From NCBI GenBank assembly GCA_963804965.1, contig CAWDST010000024.1, positions 836 to 64,835 on the forward strand: DNA of 64,000 nucleotides. The letters are read 5' to 3'. The translations under genes were made by a program, and so were the position numbers. This document shows, piece after piece, positions 49,435 through 61,246 of the stretch (positions are counted from its first letter, which is position 1; each line of letters starts with the position of its first letter). The stretch comes from an uncultured delta proteobacterium (GTDB lineage: Bacteria; Desulfobacterota; Desulfobulbia; Desulfobulbales; Desulfocapsaceae). Below the pieces are notes generated by a model. That model did no database searches. It saw only the letters and a list, made by a program, of their open reading frames with translations, and had not been told where the DNA came from.

Positions 49435-51427
49435 TTATTGGTTGATCCGTTCGACCAGAATTTCGGCGATATCCTTTGTTGCCAGGCGATCCTCACCATT
49501 CGCCCCCTTGATTCCGTCTTCGAACATGGTGAGGCAGAACGGACAGTTGGCGAGCAACAGCCCGGCATTGGTGGCCAGGGCCATTTCCACCCGGCGGACG
49601 TTGATCCTCACGCCCAGTTTTTCCTCGGCGAGGATCCGCCCGCCGCCACCGCTGCAACAAAAGGCCTGGTCGCGGTTTTTGGCCATTTCCGTCAGGGTTC
49701 CACCGGCGGCGGCGATCAACTGACGCGGCGGTTCATAGATATCGTTATAACGGCCGAGATAGCAGGAATCGTGGTAGGTGCAGGAAAAATCACCCTCGTT
49801 CAGGACAAGCCGGCCTTCTGCCACCAGCCGGGCGAGAAAAGAGGCATGGTGCTCAACCGGGACCGCCAGCCCCAGGTCTGCGTAGTCTTTCACCAGGGTG
49901 TTGTAGCAGTGCGGGCAGGCGGTGACGATCTTTTTGCACTCCGTACCCTTGGAGCCGTTCGATATTCTCGGCGGCCAGGGTCTGATAAAGGTATTCGTTG
50001 CCCATCTTGCGCATCGGTTCGCCGCAGCACTTTTCCTCCTTGCCGAGGATGCCGACCTTGATGCCGGCGGCGTGGCACAGGCTGATAAAGGCCTTGGCGA
50101 CTTTAATATTGCGCTTGTCGAAGCTGGCGTAGCAGCCGACGAAGTAGAGGATATCGACCTCGCGGTCCTCGGCGAGAATCTTTACCCCCAGCCCCTCGCT
50201 CCAATCGGCGCGGCTGGCATAACCGATACCCAGAGGGTTGCCGTTAACCTCGGTCGCTTCCATCGCCGTCATGACCTCTTCGCCCGGAAATTCGCCTTCC
50301 ATAAGTACCAGCCGGCGGCGCAAGTCGACGATCTTGCCCACATGTTCGATCGAGGCCGGGCAGATATCCTGGCAGGCCCGGCAGGTGGTGCAGGCCCAGA
50401 TCGCCTCACGGCCGATGGTCTCGGCCAGGTCGGCACCCGGCGTGGTCTGCGCCGCCTCGCCAAGACTGGCAATCAGCCGCATCGGCGACAGCGGTTTGTC
50501 GGTGGTAAAAGCCGGGCAACGGTCCTGGCAGCGCTTGCACTGGGTGCAGGCATCGGTGTCGAAAATATCCTTCCAGCTGAGATCGGCGACAGTCCGGGCA
50601 CCGAAGCCTTCATTGCTCTCGTCTTCCAGATCGAGGGTGACCAGTTTGCCGGTTGGGCCAAGATCGGCGAAAAAGCCGCCGGCGGTAGTGGTCAACAGGT
50701 GACGAAACTTGCTGAAGGGAATAACGGCGATAAAGGCCAGGGCGAGGAGCAGATGCAACCACCACAGGCTTTTATGCAGAGCCAGAAGCCATGCCGGATC
50801 GACGGGTTGAACCAGCATCGCCACCGCCAGACCGACCGGCGACCATAGGGTTAAGGTGTCGTTTCTGCCGATTTCGGTGGCAGCCATCCGCGCCCCCTCG
50901 ATGACGAAACCGCTGACGATGATCGCCAGCAGCAGCCCGTGCATCAGTAGATCGTCGCCGCTGCTGTCAAGCCCCGCCGGCCGGACCAGATACCGGCGAA
51001 CCAGGAGGCCGACGAGCATAACGATGGCCAGCAGCCCACCCAGATCAAGGGCCAGACTGAACAGCTTATAAAAGGTGCCGGTGAGAAAACGAATATCAAA
51101 GAGCAGATCGGTGAAATCGGCCTGTAGGACGATGAGCACGGTGCCGATAAACAGTACCCCGAAACTCCAGAAAAACAGGGCATGGGCAAGGCCAGGCCCG
51201 GCTACCCGCAGCACCTTGACCTGGCCGATTGCCAGGCGCAGCATGTTGGTCAGTCGGGCCAGGGGCCTATCGTGCCGCACCAGCGGTTTGCCCTGGGTGT
51301 AAATCTCCAACCGTTTCCAGCAGCCCCAGGCGAAGGCGCCGATTGCCAGGATGGTCAGCAGATACATCGGCCCCAAGGTTGTAAGGCCATGGCCGACATT
51401 CCAATAAATCTCCCGTGTTGCTTCCAT
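49435..51427 (-). CDS. Membrane Fe-S oxidoreductase (NarI-like TM + 2x[4Fe-4S] + CCG domains; FadF/HdrF/EMO type); frameshift near 49935
   Basis: TM region with His residues, CTQCKRCQDRCP, CTTCRACQDICP, CCGE, YHDSCYLGR, CCSGGG, CPFC. Confidence 0.9.
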
Positions 51428-51444
51428 CGATCTCCCCTATTTTT

Positions 51445-52594
51445 TTACCGGCACAGCGCCGAGCCGATAACCACCCGCTGAATCTCGCTGGTGCCTTCGT
51501 AGATCTCGGTGATCTTGGCATCGCGCATCATCCTTTCCACCGGGAACTCCCGGGTGTAGCCGTAGCCGCCGTGCAGCTGCACCGCCTGGGTGGTGACCCG
51601 CATGGCCGTTTCGCTGGCGAAGAGCTTGGCCATCGCCGATTCCTTCGAGTAGCTGAGCTCGTTGCTGGCCCGGTAGGCGGCGTTGTAGACCGAGCAGCCG
51701 GGCCGCCTCGACCTGGGTGGCCATGTCGGCGAGCTGGAACTGCACCCCCTGAAAGGCGCTGATCGGCTGGTTGAACTGCTTGCCGCTCCGTGGCGTAGGC
51801 GACAGTCGCATCGAGGGCACCCTGGGCGATGCCCAGCGCCTGGGCGGCGATGCCGATACGGCCGCCGTCGAGGGTCTTCATCGCCACCTTGAAGCCCTGA
51901 CCCTCCTCGCCGAGCAGGTTCTCATGCGGTACCCGGCAGTTCTCGAAGACCAGCTCCATGGTCGGCGACGAGCGGATGCCCATCTTTTTCTCCTTCTTGC
52001 CGAAGGAGAAGCCCGGCGTGCCCTTTTCGACGATAAAGGCGGTAATGCCGTGGTGCTTCTCGGCATTCTTGTCGGTGCGGGCAAGAACCACGTAGGTTTC
52101 CGCCTCACCGGCGTTGGTGATGAAGATCTTGCGTGCCGTTCAGGATCCATTCGTCGCCTTCCGGACGGCGGTGGTCTTGGTGCCGCCCGCGTCGGAACCG
52201 GCCGAGGGTTCGGTGAGACCGAAGGCGCCCATGGTCTCGCCCTGGGCCAGCGGCACCAGGAATTTTTGCTTCTGCTCCTCGCTGCCGAACAGATAGATCG
52301 GGTTGGCACCGAGGGAGAGATGGGCGGAGAGCGTGACGCCGGTCGAGGCGCAGACCCGTGACAGTTCCTCGACGGCAATGGCGTAGCTGATATAATCGGC
52401 GCCGCCGCCGCCGTACTCTTCGGGAAAGACGATACCGGTCAGCCCGAGTTCGGCCAGCCGGCCGAACATCAGCGGCCGGTCGAAATGTTCCTCTTCGTCG
52501 CGGCCGGCGGCGCTCGGGGCGATTTCGGTTTCGGCGAAGTTGCGGACCATATCACGGATAAGATTTTGTTCTTCGTCAAGTTCGAAAGATTCAT
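51445..52594 (-). CDS. Acyl-CoA (butyryl-CoA-type) dehydrogenase; several frameshifts
   Basis: [60 protein letters not shown] spread over frames. Confidence 0.9.
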
Positions 52595-52627
52595 TGTGAT
52601 TCTCCTGCAAAAGTAGAGTTGACAAGT

Positions 52628-53489
52628 TTATTGGTTCAATGACTGATAGTAAAAACCACGGCCGCTCTTGCGCCCCAGCCACCCGGACTCGACATACAGG
52701 CGGAGCAGCGGGCAGGGCCGGTACTTCGGATCGCCCAGGCCGTAGTGCAGGGTTTCGAGTATGGCGAGACAGGTGTCAAGCCCGATGAGGTCGGCCAAGG
52801 TCAGCGGCCCCATCGGGTGATTCATGCCGAGCTTCATCACCGTGTCGATGGCTTCGCGGGTGCCGGTCGCCCTGGTAGAGACAGAAAATCGCCTCGTTGA
52901 TCATCGGTAAAAGGATGCGGTTGGCGATAAACCCCGGGAAATCGCCGGCCTCCGCTGGGATTTTGCCCAACTTTTTCGCCAGTTCCACGGTGATCTGGTG
53001 GGTATGGTCGGAGGTCGCCAGGCCCCGGATCACCTCGACCAGTTGCATGACCGGCACCGGGTTCATGAAATGCATGCCGATCACCTTGTCGGGCCGGCCG
53101 GTGCGCGCCCCGATCCGGCCGATGGGAATGGACGAGGTGTTGGTGGCAAGGATGGCATGGGTGGGACAGATCTCGTCCAGGCGTTAAAGAGTTCGAACTT
53201 GATGTCCTCTTTCTCCGAGGCGGCCTCAACGACGAAATCAACGGCCTGCATCTTGGCGAGATCGGTGCTCGGAGTAATCCTGGCGAGGATGTCATCCATC
53301 CTCTCGGCGGTGATTTTACCCTTCTCCAGCTGCCGCAGGAGGTTTTTGCCGATGTTGTCCTTACCGCGGCTGGCGTACTCCAAGGTGATGTCGTGCATAA
53401 TGACATTCAGCCCGCTGGCCGCTGCCACCTGGGCGATGCCGCTGCCCATCTGACCGGCGCCGATGACGCCGAAAGTTTTTGATGTTCAT
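52628..53489 (-). CDS. hbd: 3-hydroxybutyryl-CoA dehydrogenase; several frameshifts
   Basis: [44 protein letters not shown]. Confidence 0.88.
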
Positions 53490-53511
53490 GATATTTTTCT
53501 CCTTTGAAGAC

Positions 53512-54811
53512 TTACGGCCTGCTGACCACCATCGCCAAGCCCATGCCGCCGCCGATGCACATGCTGATCAGCCCGGTCCGGCGCCGCTTCGCTGCATGGC
53601 GTGCATGGCGGTGACCATCTGCCTGGCGCCGGTGCAGCCGACCGGGTGGCCAAGCGAGATGGCGCTGCCGAGTTGATTCGGTTTTTCGACCTCGATACCC
53701 AGTTCGAGCATGCAGCCGATGGCCTGGGCGGCAAAGGCCTCGTTCAGTTCGATGCAATCGATGTCGCCGATGGTCATATTTGCCAGGTCGAGGGCCCGTT
53801 TGATCGCCGGTACCGGACCGAGGCCCATATAGGCCGGATCGAGTCCGCCGGCGGCACAGCTGTGAATGGTGAGTAGCGGCTTGAGGCCAAGGTTGGCGGC
53901 TTTTTTCTCGCTCATCAGCAGTACCGCCGCCGCCCCGTCGTTGATGCCCGAGGCATTGCCGGCGGTCACCGTGCCGGAGGGATCGAAGACCGGCCGCAGC
54001 TTGGCGAGCTTTTCCAGGCTGGTGGCCATCGGCCGCTCGTCACGGGTGATCGCCACCAGCTCTTTCTTGACGCGAACTTCCACCGGGACGATTTCATCGG
54101 CGAACAGGCCGGTCTCGATGGCCCGGCAGGCCCGTTCGTGGCTGAGACAGGCCAGTTTGTCCTGATCGACCCGGCTGATCTGGTACAACCGGGCGATATT
54201 TTCGGCGGTGATGCCCATGTGATAGCCGTAGAAAATCTCATACAGGGCGTCGAAGACCATGAGATCGCGGATCTCGCCGCTGCCGCTCACCTCCATGCGG
54301 TAGCCCCAGCGGGCCTTGGGCAGGGCAAGGGGCACCTGGCTCATATTCTCCTGACCGCCGGCGAGGACCACCTCGGCCTGGCCGGTCATGATCGACTGGG
54401 CGGCAAGGCTGATCGCCTTCAGGCCGGAACCGCAGACCTTGTTGATGGTGTAGGCCGGGGTTTCCTTGGTGATGCCGGCCTTGATCATCGCCTGGCGGGC
54501 GGGATTCTGCCCCTGGCCGGCGGTCAGGACATTGCCCATGATGACTTCGTCGATGGCCACCGGCTGGGCGCTTTTATCCCAGGCATAAAGGGCGCCTTCG
54601 ATCTCCAGCCGCGGCTGGCCCGCCAGTCCGCCCCGGCACCGTCCGCAGGTGGTCGCTGGCGACAGTCGGCCGCAATCCGGCCCGGCGCAGGGTATCACGC
54701 ATTACCAGGGCGCCGAGATCGACCACCGGCACATCCTTCAAAGCTGCCGCCAAAGGCGCCAACCGCCGTCCTGCATCCGCTGACAATAACCACCTTGTTC
54801 ATCTTGCTCAT
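53512..54811 (-). CDS. Acetyl-CoA acetyltransferase (thiolase); several frameshifts
   Basis: [45 protein letters not shown]. Confidence 0.9.
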
Positions 54812-54876
54812 GCTCCCGTTGAAAGAGTTGTGGTAGGGTCGATTAATCCCGGATCACCCTTAACTACATGAAAAAA

Positions 54877-56494
54877 TTATTGAATGTCGTTCACCGATAT
54901 TTTTTGCCACTCGAGATGGCGCAACCTGGCCTTCATGGTCTTGCCGGTGGCGGTCTTCGGCAGCTGACCGAATTCAACAATGGCCGGTGCCAGCAATTCG
55001 GAACCCTGCCCGGCGGCAGAAGTCGATCAGCTCGGCTTCACTCAGGGCGGCTCCATCTTTCACCATGACAAAGGCCTTGGGCACCTCGCCCTGCAGGCCG
55101 GATCGGGGGTGGCGACCACCGCGACTTCCAGCACATCGGGATGACGATAGATGATTTCCTCGATCTCCGTCGAGGGGATGGTGGCGCCAGCCCGAACAAT
55201 GCCGTCGTTGACCCGATCGACGATCTGGATATAGCCGTCGGGGTGAACCACCGCCAGATCGCCGCTGTGGAACCAGCCATCGCGGAAGGCCAGGGCGGTG
55301 GCTTCCGGGTCCTGGTAGTAGCCAAGCATGACGTTGTTGCCGCGCATCACCACCTCGCCGATGCTCCGGCCGTCTCTTACCACGGGAAGCCCCGTCTCCT
55401 GGTCGATCACCGCCATTTGCCGGCTGACGGTATAAGGCACGCCCTGCCTGGCCTTCATTTTCGAGACCTGTTCCGGATCGAGTTCGACCCATTGCGACTG
55501 CCAGGCGCAGACGCTGTGCGGCCCGTGCAGTTCGGTCAGGCCGTAGACATGGATGACGTTGGCACCGATCTCTTCCATACCGCGGATCACCGCCGGAGTC
55601 GGGGCGGCGCCGGCGGTAATAACCTGTAAAGGGCGGCGCAATTTAAGAGAAGGACCGCCCGGATGGTTGATCATCGCCAGTAACACGGTGGGTGCGGCCG
55701 AGAGGTGAGAAACCCCATGTTGTTCAATAAAATGAAAAATATCAGCTGGCTGGCGGTCGCGCAGGCAGATATGGGTGCCGCCTACTGCGGTCACCGCCCA
55801 GGGAAAGCCCCAGCCGTTGCAGTGAAACATCGGCAGGGTCCAGAGGTAGACGGTCTCGGGGCCAAGCCGCGATTCGATAACTTCACCCAGGGCATGCAGA
55901 TAGGTGGCGCGATGACCGTACATGACCCCCTTGGGCCGGCCGGTGGTACCGGAGGTGTAGTTAATGGCGATCAGCTGGTTTTCGTCCTGGATGCCGCTGT
56001 CGGGAGCGGCATCGCCGCCGGTGGCGAGAAATAACTCGTAGCCGGTAGCCATTGATCGAGCTGGTGCAGGAGCGGTCGAAGATATTGACAAAGAATTCTA
56101 CCCGGGGCAGTTCTGCTAGAACCGGTTGCAGCTTACCGGCAAACTCGCTGTCGACAAAAACCGCCTTGGCCTCGGAATGGTTGATGATATAGGCAAATTC
56201 CGGCCCGGAAAGTTCGGTGTTGACCGCCACCAGAACCGCACCGATCAGCGGAATGGCAAAATGGGCCTCCAGCATCGGCGGGGTATTCGGGCAGATGAAG
56301 GCCACCTTGTCGCCCCTGCCGACACCCTTGGCGAGCAGGGCATTGGCCAGCCGGTGCACCCTCGTCCTGAATTCCGCGTAGGTATACCTATCCGTTCCAT
56401 AACGCACTGCCACTTTATCGGGATAGACCTCGGCACTGCGATCAAGAAAAGTAACGGGGCTGAGGATATCGAAATTGACCGGCGACTGGAACAT
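54877..56494 (-). CDS. Acyl-CoA synthetase, paralog of 44531..46141; several frameshifts
   Basis: YTSGTTGRPKG, LPMFHCNGW, YGLTE, WFHSGD, PKTATGK. Confidence 0.88.
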
Positions 56495-56604
56495 TCTGGC
56501 AATACTCCTTGGCTGAAAAGATGATACGGGAGGCAACAGGCAGAGCCTGGCAGCATCCCTTCAATTCTGAAAACCAAGAGTATAAAATGGGAGGGTTTTT
56601 AACA

Positions 56605-56682
56605 ATCGGCGGAAAACCGATTTCCGTCCGGCCAAAAACCCGAGGCCGGCTAGGTTATGAGCCTATGGGGTAGGAAACCCCA
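56605..56682. promoter_or_regulatory. Array of four GG-N7-CC palindromic boxes; candidate sites for the NarL/LuxR regulator
   Basis: ATCGG-CGGAAAA-CCGAT, CGG-CCAAAAA-CC, TAGG-TTATGAG-CCTA, ATGGGG-TAGGAAA-CCCCAT, upstream of the beta-oxidation operon. Confidence 0.5.
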
Positions 56683-57348
56683 TCAATGCTGGATCTGCTC
56701 CAGCCAGTGCACGGCAAACTTGACCAGGCCGGTGAAGTGCTTGAGGTTGAGCTTTTCTTTGATGTTTTCCCGGTAGGTGCCGATGGTCTTGATGGAGAGG
56801 TGCAGGCGGTCGGCGATCTCCTTGGTGGAGAAGCCTTCACCGATCAGCCGCAGGACCTCAAGTTCGCGGTTGGTGAGGACGTCAAGCGGGCTGGTCGAAT
56901 CGCCGGACTGGGGGGAGGTGGTCAGGCGTTTGAAGACCTTTTCCTTGACACTGCTGCTGGCGTAGATCTCGCCCGCCAACACCCGGCGGATAGCCTCGAC
57001 CACCGAGGCAATGGCTTCCTGCTTCATGATATAGCCGCTCGCCCCAGCCATCAGCGCCCTTTCGGCGTAGAGGGCTTCGTCGTACATCGACAGCACCAGC
57101 ATCGGCAGACCGCCGAACTGTTTCTTGATCTCCTGCACCAGGTCGATGCCGTTGCCGTCTTTCAAGGAGATGTCGATGATGGCCAGGTCCGGTCGATGCT
57201 CCTTGATCGCCTGACAGGCCTTTTTCGCCGATTCGACGCTGGCGCAGACCAGCAGGTCGTCCTCCTTGTTGATCAATTCGCTCATGCCGAGGCAAAATAT
57301 CGGATGATCGTCGATGATCAGGACCTTACGCTTCGCCTGCTGGGCCAT
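56683..57348 (-). CDS. NarL/LuxR-family response regulator
   Basis: IDDHP, DISL, GASGYIMK, LTNRELEV, EIADRLHLSIKT. Confidence 0.94.
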   Translation of the reverse strand: MAQQAKRKVLIIDDHPIFCLGMSELINKEDDLLVCASVESAKKACQAIKEHRPDLAIIDISLKDGNGIDLVQEIKKQFGGLPMLVLSMYDEALYAERALMAGASGYIMKQEAIASVVEAIRRVLAGEIYASSSVKEKVFKRLTTSPQSGDSTSPLDVLTNRELEVLRLIGEGFSTKEIADRLHLSIKTIGTYRENIKEKLNLKHFTGLVKFAVHWLEQIQH

Positions 57349-59563
57349 GGGGACTCCCTGGGATGGTGGATTGTTGTGCCGTTATGGCCGATTTCATGGA
57401 GACATGAACGGTGGTGCCACTGCCCGGCGCAGTGTCGATGGCGATGAAGGCACCGATCACCAGCACCCGGTATTTCATGATCTCCAGGCCGATACCGTGG
57501 CTCTTGCTGTCGCTTGTCTATGCCGCAGCCGTTGTCGGCGATTCTCAGATGCAGATAGTCGCCTTCCTGGGCAAGAGTGATTTTAATAATCGCGGCGCCG
57601 GCATGGCGAATGGCATTATTGACCGCTTCCTGGGCAATATAATACAAATGGGTGGCGAGCGCATTGTCGGTGATGACCAACCCCTCCTCTCCGGTAAAGG
57701 TGCAGGGGATGCCGCTCGCCAGGCTGCTGTTGGCAGCAAGATCGCGGAGGGCGGCATGCAGGCCGTGCGCCACCAGATGGACCGGACAAAGCCCTCGGGC
57801 AAGGCCCCGCGCCTTGGCGGTCGCCTCGCCGATCAGGGCGATTATCCGGTCGGCAAGCTCGGTTTCTTCCATGCCGCTTTTCTCGATGCGATGCTTCAAC
57901 ACCGCGGTCAGGCCGCCAATGCCGATGAGGTGCGGGCACAGGTCGTCGTGCATGTCCTGGCCGATGGTTTGCCGGACGTTGTCGCCGATGTCCATGAGCA
58001 GCTTGCTGAGTCTCTTGGTCTCGGTGATGTCGCGGAGGATGATCACGCTGCCCACCAGGTTGTCGTTATTGTCCCGGTAGGCGGCGCCGCTGACGCTAAC
58101 GGTAATGACCGTGCCATCTTTGGCGGTACGTTTGGTTTCGGTGATCGGCAACATCCCTCCGGCCTGAATGGCCGCAATCATGACCGCAGTCTCGGGCCAA
58201 TTCTCCTCGGGCACGAAATGATCCATTTTCCGACCGATACTCTCGGCAAGCGTCCAGCCGAAGATCTTTTGAAAGGCCGGATTAAAATAGACGACCCGCC
58301 CCTGCATATCGTAGATGACAATCGGATCAGCCGCCGCCTCCATAACCGAGCGATACCGTTCTTCGCTCTCCCGCAGGCTGTTTTCCACCTCCCGCCGCAC
58401 CTCGATCTCCTCTTTCAGACTGCTGCTGTAGGTCTCCAGCTGAGCCATGAAGTTATTGAAATAATTTGCTAAGGCCCCGATCTCGTCGCGACCGGGAACG
58501 GTCATGCGCAACTTGAAATTACCGGCGCTCGCCTGCTCGAAAAATTGCATCAAGCGCTGCAGGGGATCGGTAATCGAGCCGCTCAGTTTGGCGGTGAGCA
58601 ACAGGACGAACAGCAGGGTGAGGATAAAGATGATGAGGAGGACCAGGCCGGTGGTATGCAGAGGTTCGTAGAATTCATTAAGATAGCTGGCCGAACCGAC
58701 AATCCAGTCATAATCCTCTATATAATTGAACAGGCAGAGTTTTTTCCGCAGTTCCTCTTCTCCGGGGTTCTTCCACGGGTAAATGATCCGCCCGCTCTTC
58801 CGGTGCAGCATCTCGCCGAGAAAATCCTTGGGGAATTCTCCGCTGGTGAGGATGTTGACGCCTTCGAGCTTCGGATGAATGATCGCCGTGCCGTCACCGG
58901 TCATGACGAAGGAATAGCCGGTCTTGCCGAAGCGCAGGTCGAGCACGCTTTTCTTGAAATCGTCAACGTTGACCAGATCCTTAAACTCCGAACGATAGGC
59001 GGAGACCGAAATGATCCAGTCCCAAGGCTGGAAATGGACCATGTACAGACCCCTTCGGCCGGGTTTTTGTTTCGCCCGGATTTTGCCAGTCGTACTCGAG
59101 ATAGCCCTCTTTTTTTCAACATCTGGTCGCGGACAAAGGTGTATTCCGAGACATCGCTCTGCAGCAGCTGGCTTTGTGGATGGACGGTGACAATACCGTT
59201 GCTGTCGAGACAATAGATGTAGCCGGACTGGCCGATCGACTGACTGAGCAGCAGCCAGGACGCCCTGGCCTTGGCCTCCTGTTCGCTTATTTCGCCGCGA
59301 ACGAATTGGTCGTAACTGGCGCGGACAATGTCATGGTTTTTCTCCGCCACCGCCCGCAGGTAGTTTTTGGTGGAGACGGCGGCGGAGGCTTTTACCAGGT
59401 TGTAGATCGCCGTCGTGGTATTTTGCAGTTCGCTTTCGATGTTGCTGGTAATGGCATCGCGCAGAATGGTGTAGACGGTGGCAAAGGCTACCAGGAGTGC
59501 CAAAAAGAAGAGCAGTGAATAGCTCAGGAGGAGCTTATGACGAATGCGCATATCGGGAAACAT
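57326..59563 (-). CDS. Cache-HAMP-PAS histidine kinase (HisKA_3 type); frameshifts near 59090 and 57510
   Basis: TM, Cache-like domains, HAMP (DEIGALA), PAS, IGQDMHDDLC, QEAVNNA, DNGCG. Confidence 0.88.
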
Positions 59564-59708
59564 CGGTCTGCTCTCTTCTTCCGGTTTGGGGGGCGGGGTG
59601 TACGTTTCGGTTGGATTGTAATCAGCAGTATAACGAACCTCCGCCGAATTGTCCCAAGAAACTCTTCCCGCCCCCGCCAAACTTTTCGGCGTCGGAGCGC
59701 AGGAGCTT

Positions 59709-61034
59709 TTACATGAGGAGCTTCATGCTTTTTGCCTGATCCGTCAGTTCCTCACGGAAGTCGGGATGGGCGATGGAGATCAGCGCCTGGGCCCGTTCCC
59801 AGGTCGATTTCCCCTTCAAATTAACCAAACCGTACTCGGTGACCACGTAGTTGACCACGACCCGCGGCAGGGTGGTAATGGTGCCTGGTTCAAGGAACGG
59901 CCGAATGCGCGAGATCTTATTGCCTGCCCGGTCTTCCTTACAGCTGGCAAGGCAGATCAAGGCCTTGCCACCCTTTGAATGGTAGCAGCCGTAGGTGTAG
60001 TCAAGCTGTCCGCCGGTGCCGGAGATGTGCCGGGTGCCGTGCGACTCGGAGGAAACCTGGCCGAACAAGTCGATTTCGATGGCGTTGTTGATGGCGATGG
60101 CGTTGTCGTTGACGGCGATATTCTCCAGCCGGTTGGTATAGTCGACCGGAAAACTGCTGCACGACGGGTTACGATGGAGGAAATCGTAGAGTTTTTTCGA
60201 ACCGAGGGCGAAGGTATAGACAAATTTGCCGACATTTTTCTTCTTCTTGGCATTGGAGATGCACCCCGCTTCGTACATATCGACAAAGCTGTCGCAGAGC
60301 ATCTCGGTGTGGACCCCGAGGTCGCGCAGCTTGGAGGCAGCGATCAGCTTGCCGATGGCATTGGGCATGGCACCGATACCCAGTTGCAAGCAGGAGCCAT
60401 TTTCAATCTGCGACACGACGATCTCGGCGATCTGCTGATCGACGTCGCTGATCTTCGGTTCGGGCAAGAAGAACATGGCGTCGTTATTGCTCTCGATAAT
60501 GGCGTCCACTTCGGAGATATGGACCTGTTCTTCGTTACCGCCGTGGCAATAGGGCACATTTTCATTGACTTCAACGATGACTTTCTTCGCCGCGGCAATC
60601 TGAGCTCGGGTAAAGGAATTGGATACCCCGAAATTGAAATACCCCTTGTTGTCCATCGGGGTGGTACGCAGCATCATGACATCGGTGCAGATGTCCTGTT
60701 TGTTGTAGTAGCCCGGACCTTCGTGGTAAAAGAGGGGGATATAATCGCAGACATTGCGGTCGTGGAGTTTGCGGTCGCCGCCGGTGAAATGCCAGCTGTT
60801 GTATTTAAAACTGCGCCCTTCCGGATCGGCCTCAGCGACTGCGGCAATACCTGGAAAACCAAGGGCGCGGATCTTCACATCGGCAACCTCGCCCGCTCTT
60901 TTCGCCAGTTCCCGGTCGAGGGTAATGGGGGTGGCGAGAAAACAGCCGTAATCAACCCAATCCCCTGATTCTACTAAACCCACGGCCTCGGCTGGCGACA
61001 TTAGTCTCTTGTTGTATGCGGTCATATAGTCCAT
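59709..61034 (-). CDS. Butyryl-CoA:acetate CoA-transferase-like (acetyl-CoA hydrolase/transferase family)
   Basis: AEAVGLVESGDWVDYG, LQLGIG, LGVHTEM (catalytic Glu present), SGTGGQLD, SIAHPDFR. Confidence 0.9.
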   Translation of the reverse strand: MDYMTAYNKRLMSPAEAVGLVESGDWVDYGCFLATPITLDRELAKRAGEVADVKIRALGFPGIAAVAEADPEGRSFKYNSWHFTGGDRKLHDRNVCDYIPLFYHEGPGYYNKQDICTDVMMLRTTPMDNKGYFNFGVSNSFTRAQIAAAKKVIVEVNENVPYCHGGNEEQVHISEVDAIIESNNDAMFFLPEPKISDVDQQIAEIVVSQIENGSCLQLGIGAMPNAIGKLIAASKLRDLGVHTEMLCDSFVDMYEAGCISNAKKKKNVGKFVYTFALGSKKLYDFLHRNPSCSSFPVDYTNRLENIAVNDNAIAINNAIEIDLFGQVSSESHGTRHISGTGGQLDYTYGCYHSKGGKALICLASCKEDRAGNKISRIRPFLEPGTITTLPRVVVNYVVTEYGLVNLKGKSTWERAQALISIAHPDFREELTDQAKSMKLLM

Positions 61035-61246
61035 GGTATTTCCCTCCAAGATGTTTTCTGGCAAGTGAGTCGCCGCCGATATCGGCACACGTGACCCTGT
61101 TCTACCGGTTACCGGCAAGAATAGGCGATTGAGGGGAGAACACGCAATCGGCTGAAAGAGGAAATTGCCCTGAGAGATGGACCGAGACAGGCTAGGTTCC
61201 GGACCTGGAAAGGGTCTGGACAATCAATGCAGACTGCAGACCCAGC

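Noticed and set aside
61035-61246. Riboswitch upstream of the CoA-transferase
   Set aside because: Only weak hairpins and no aptamer consensus I recognise; an Rfam scan would settle it
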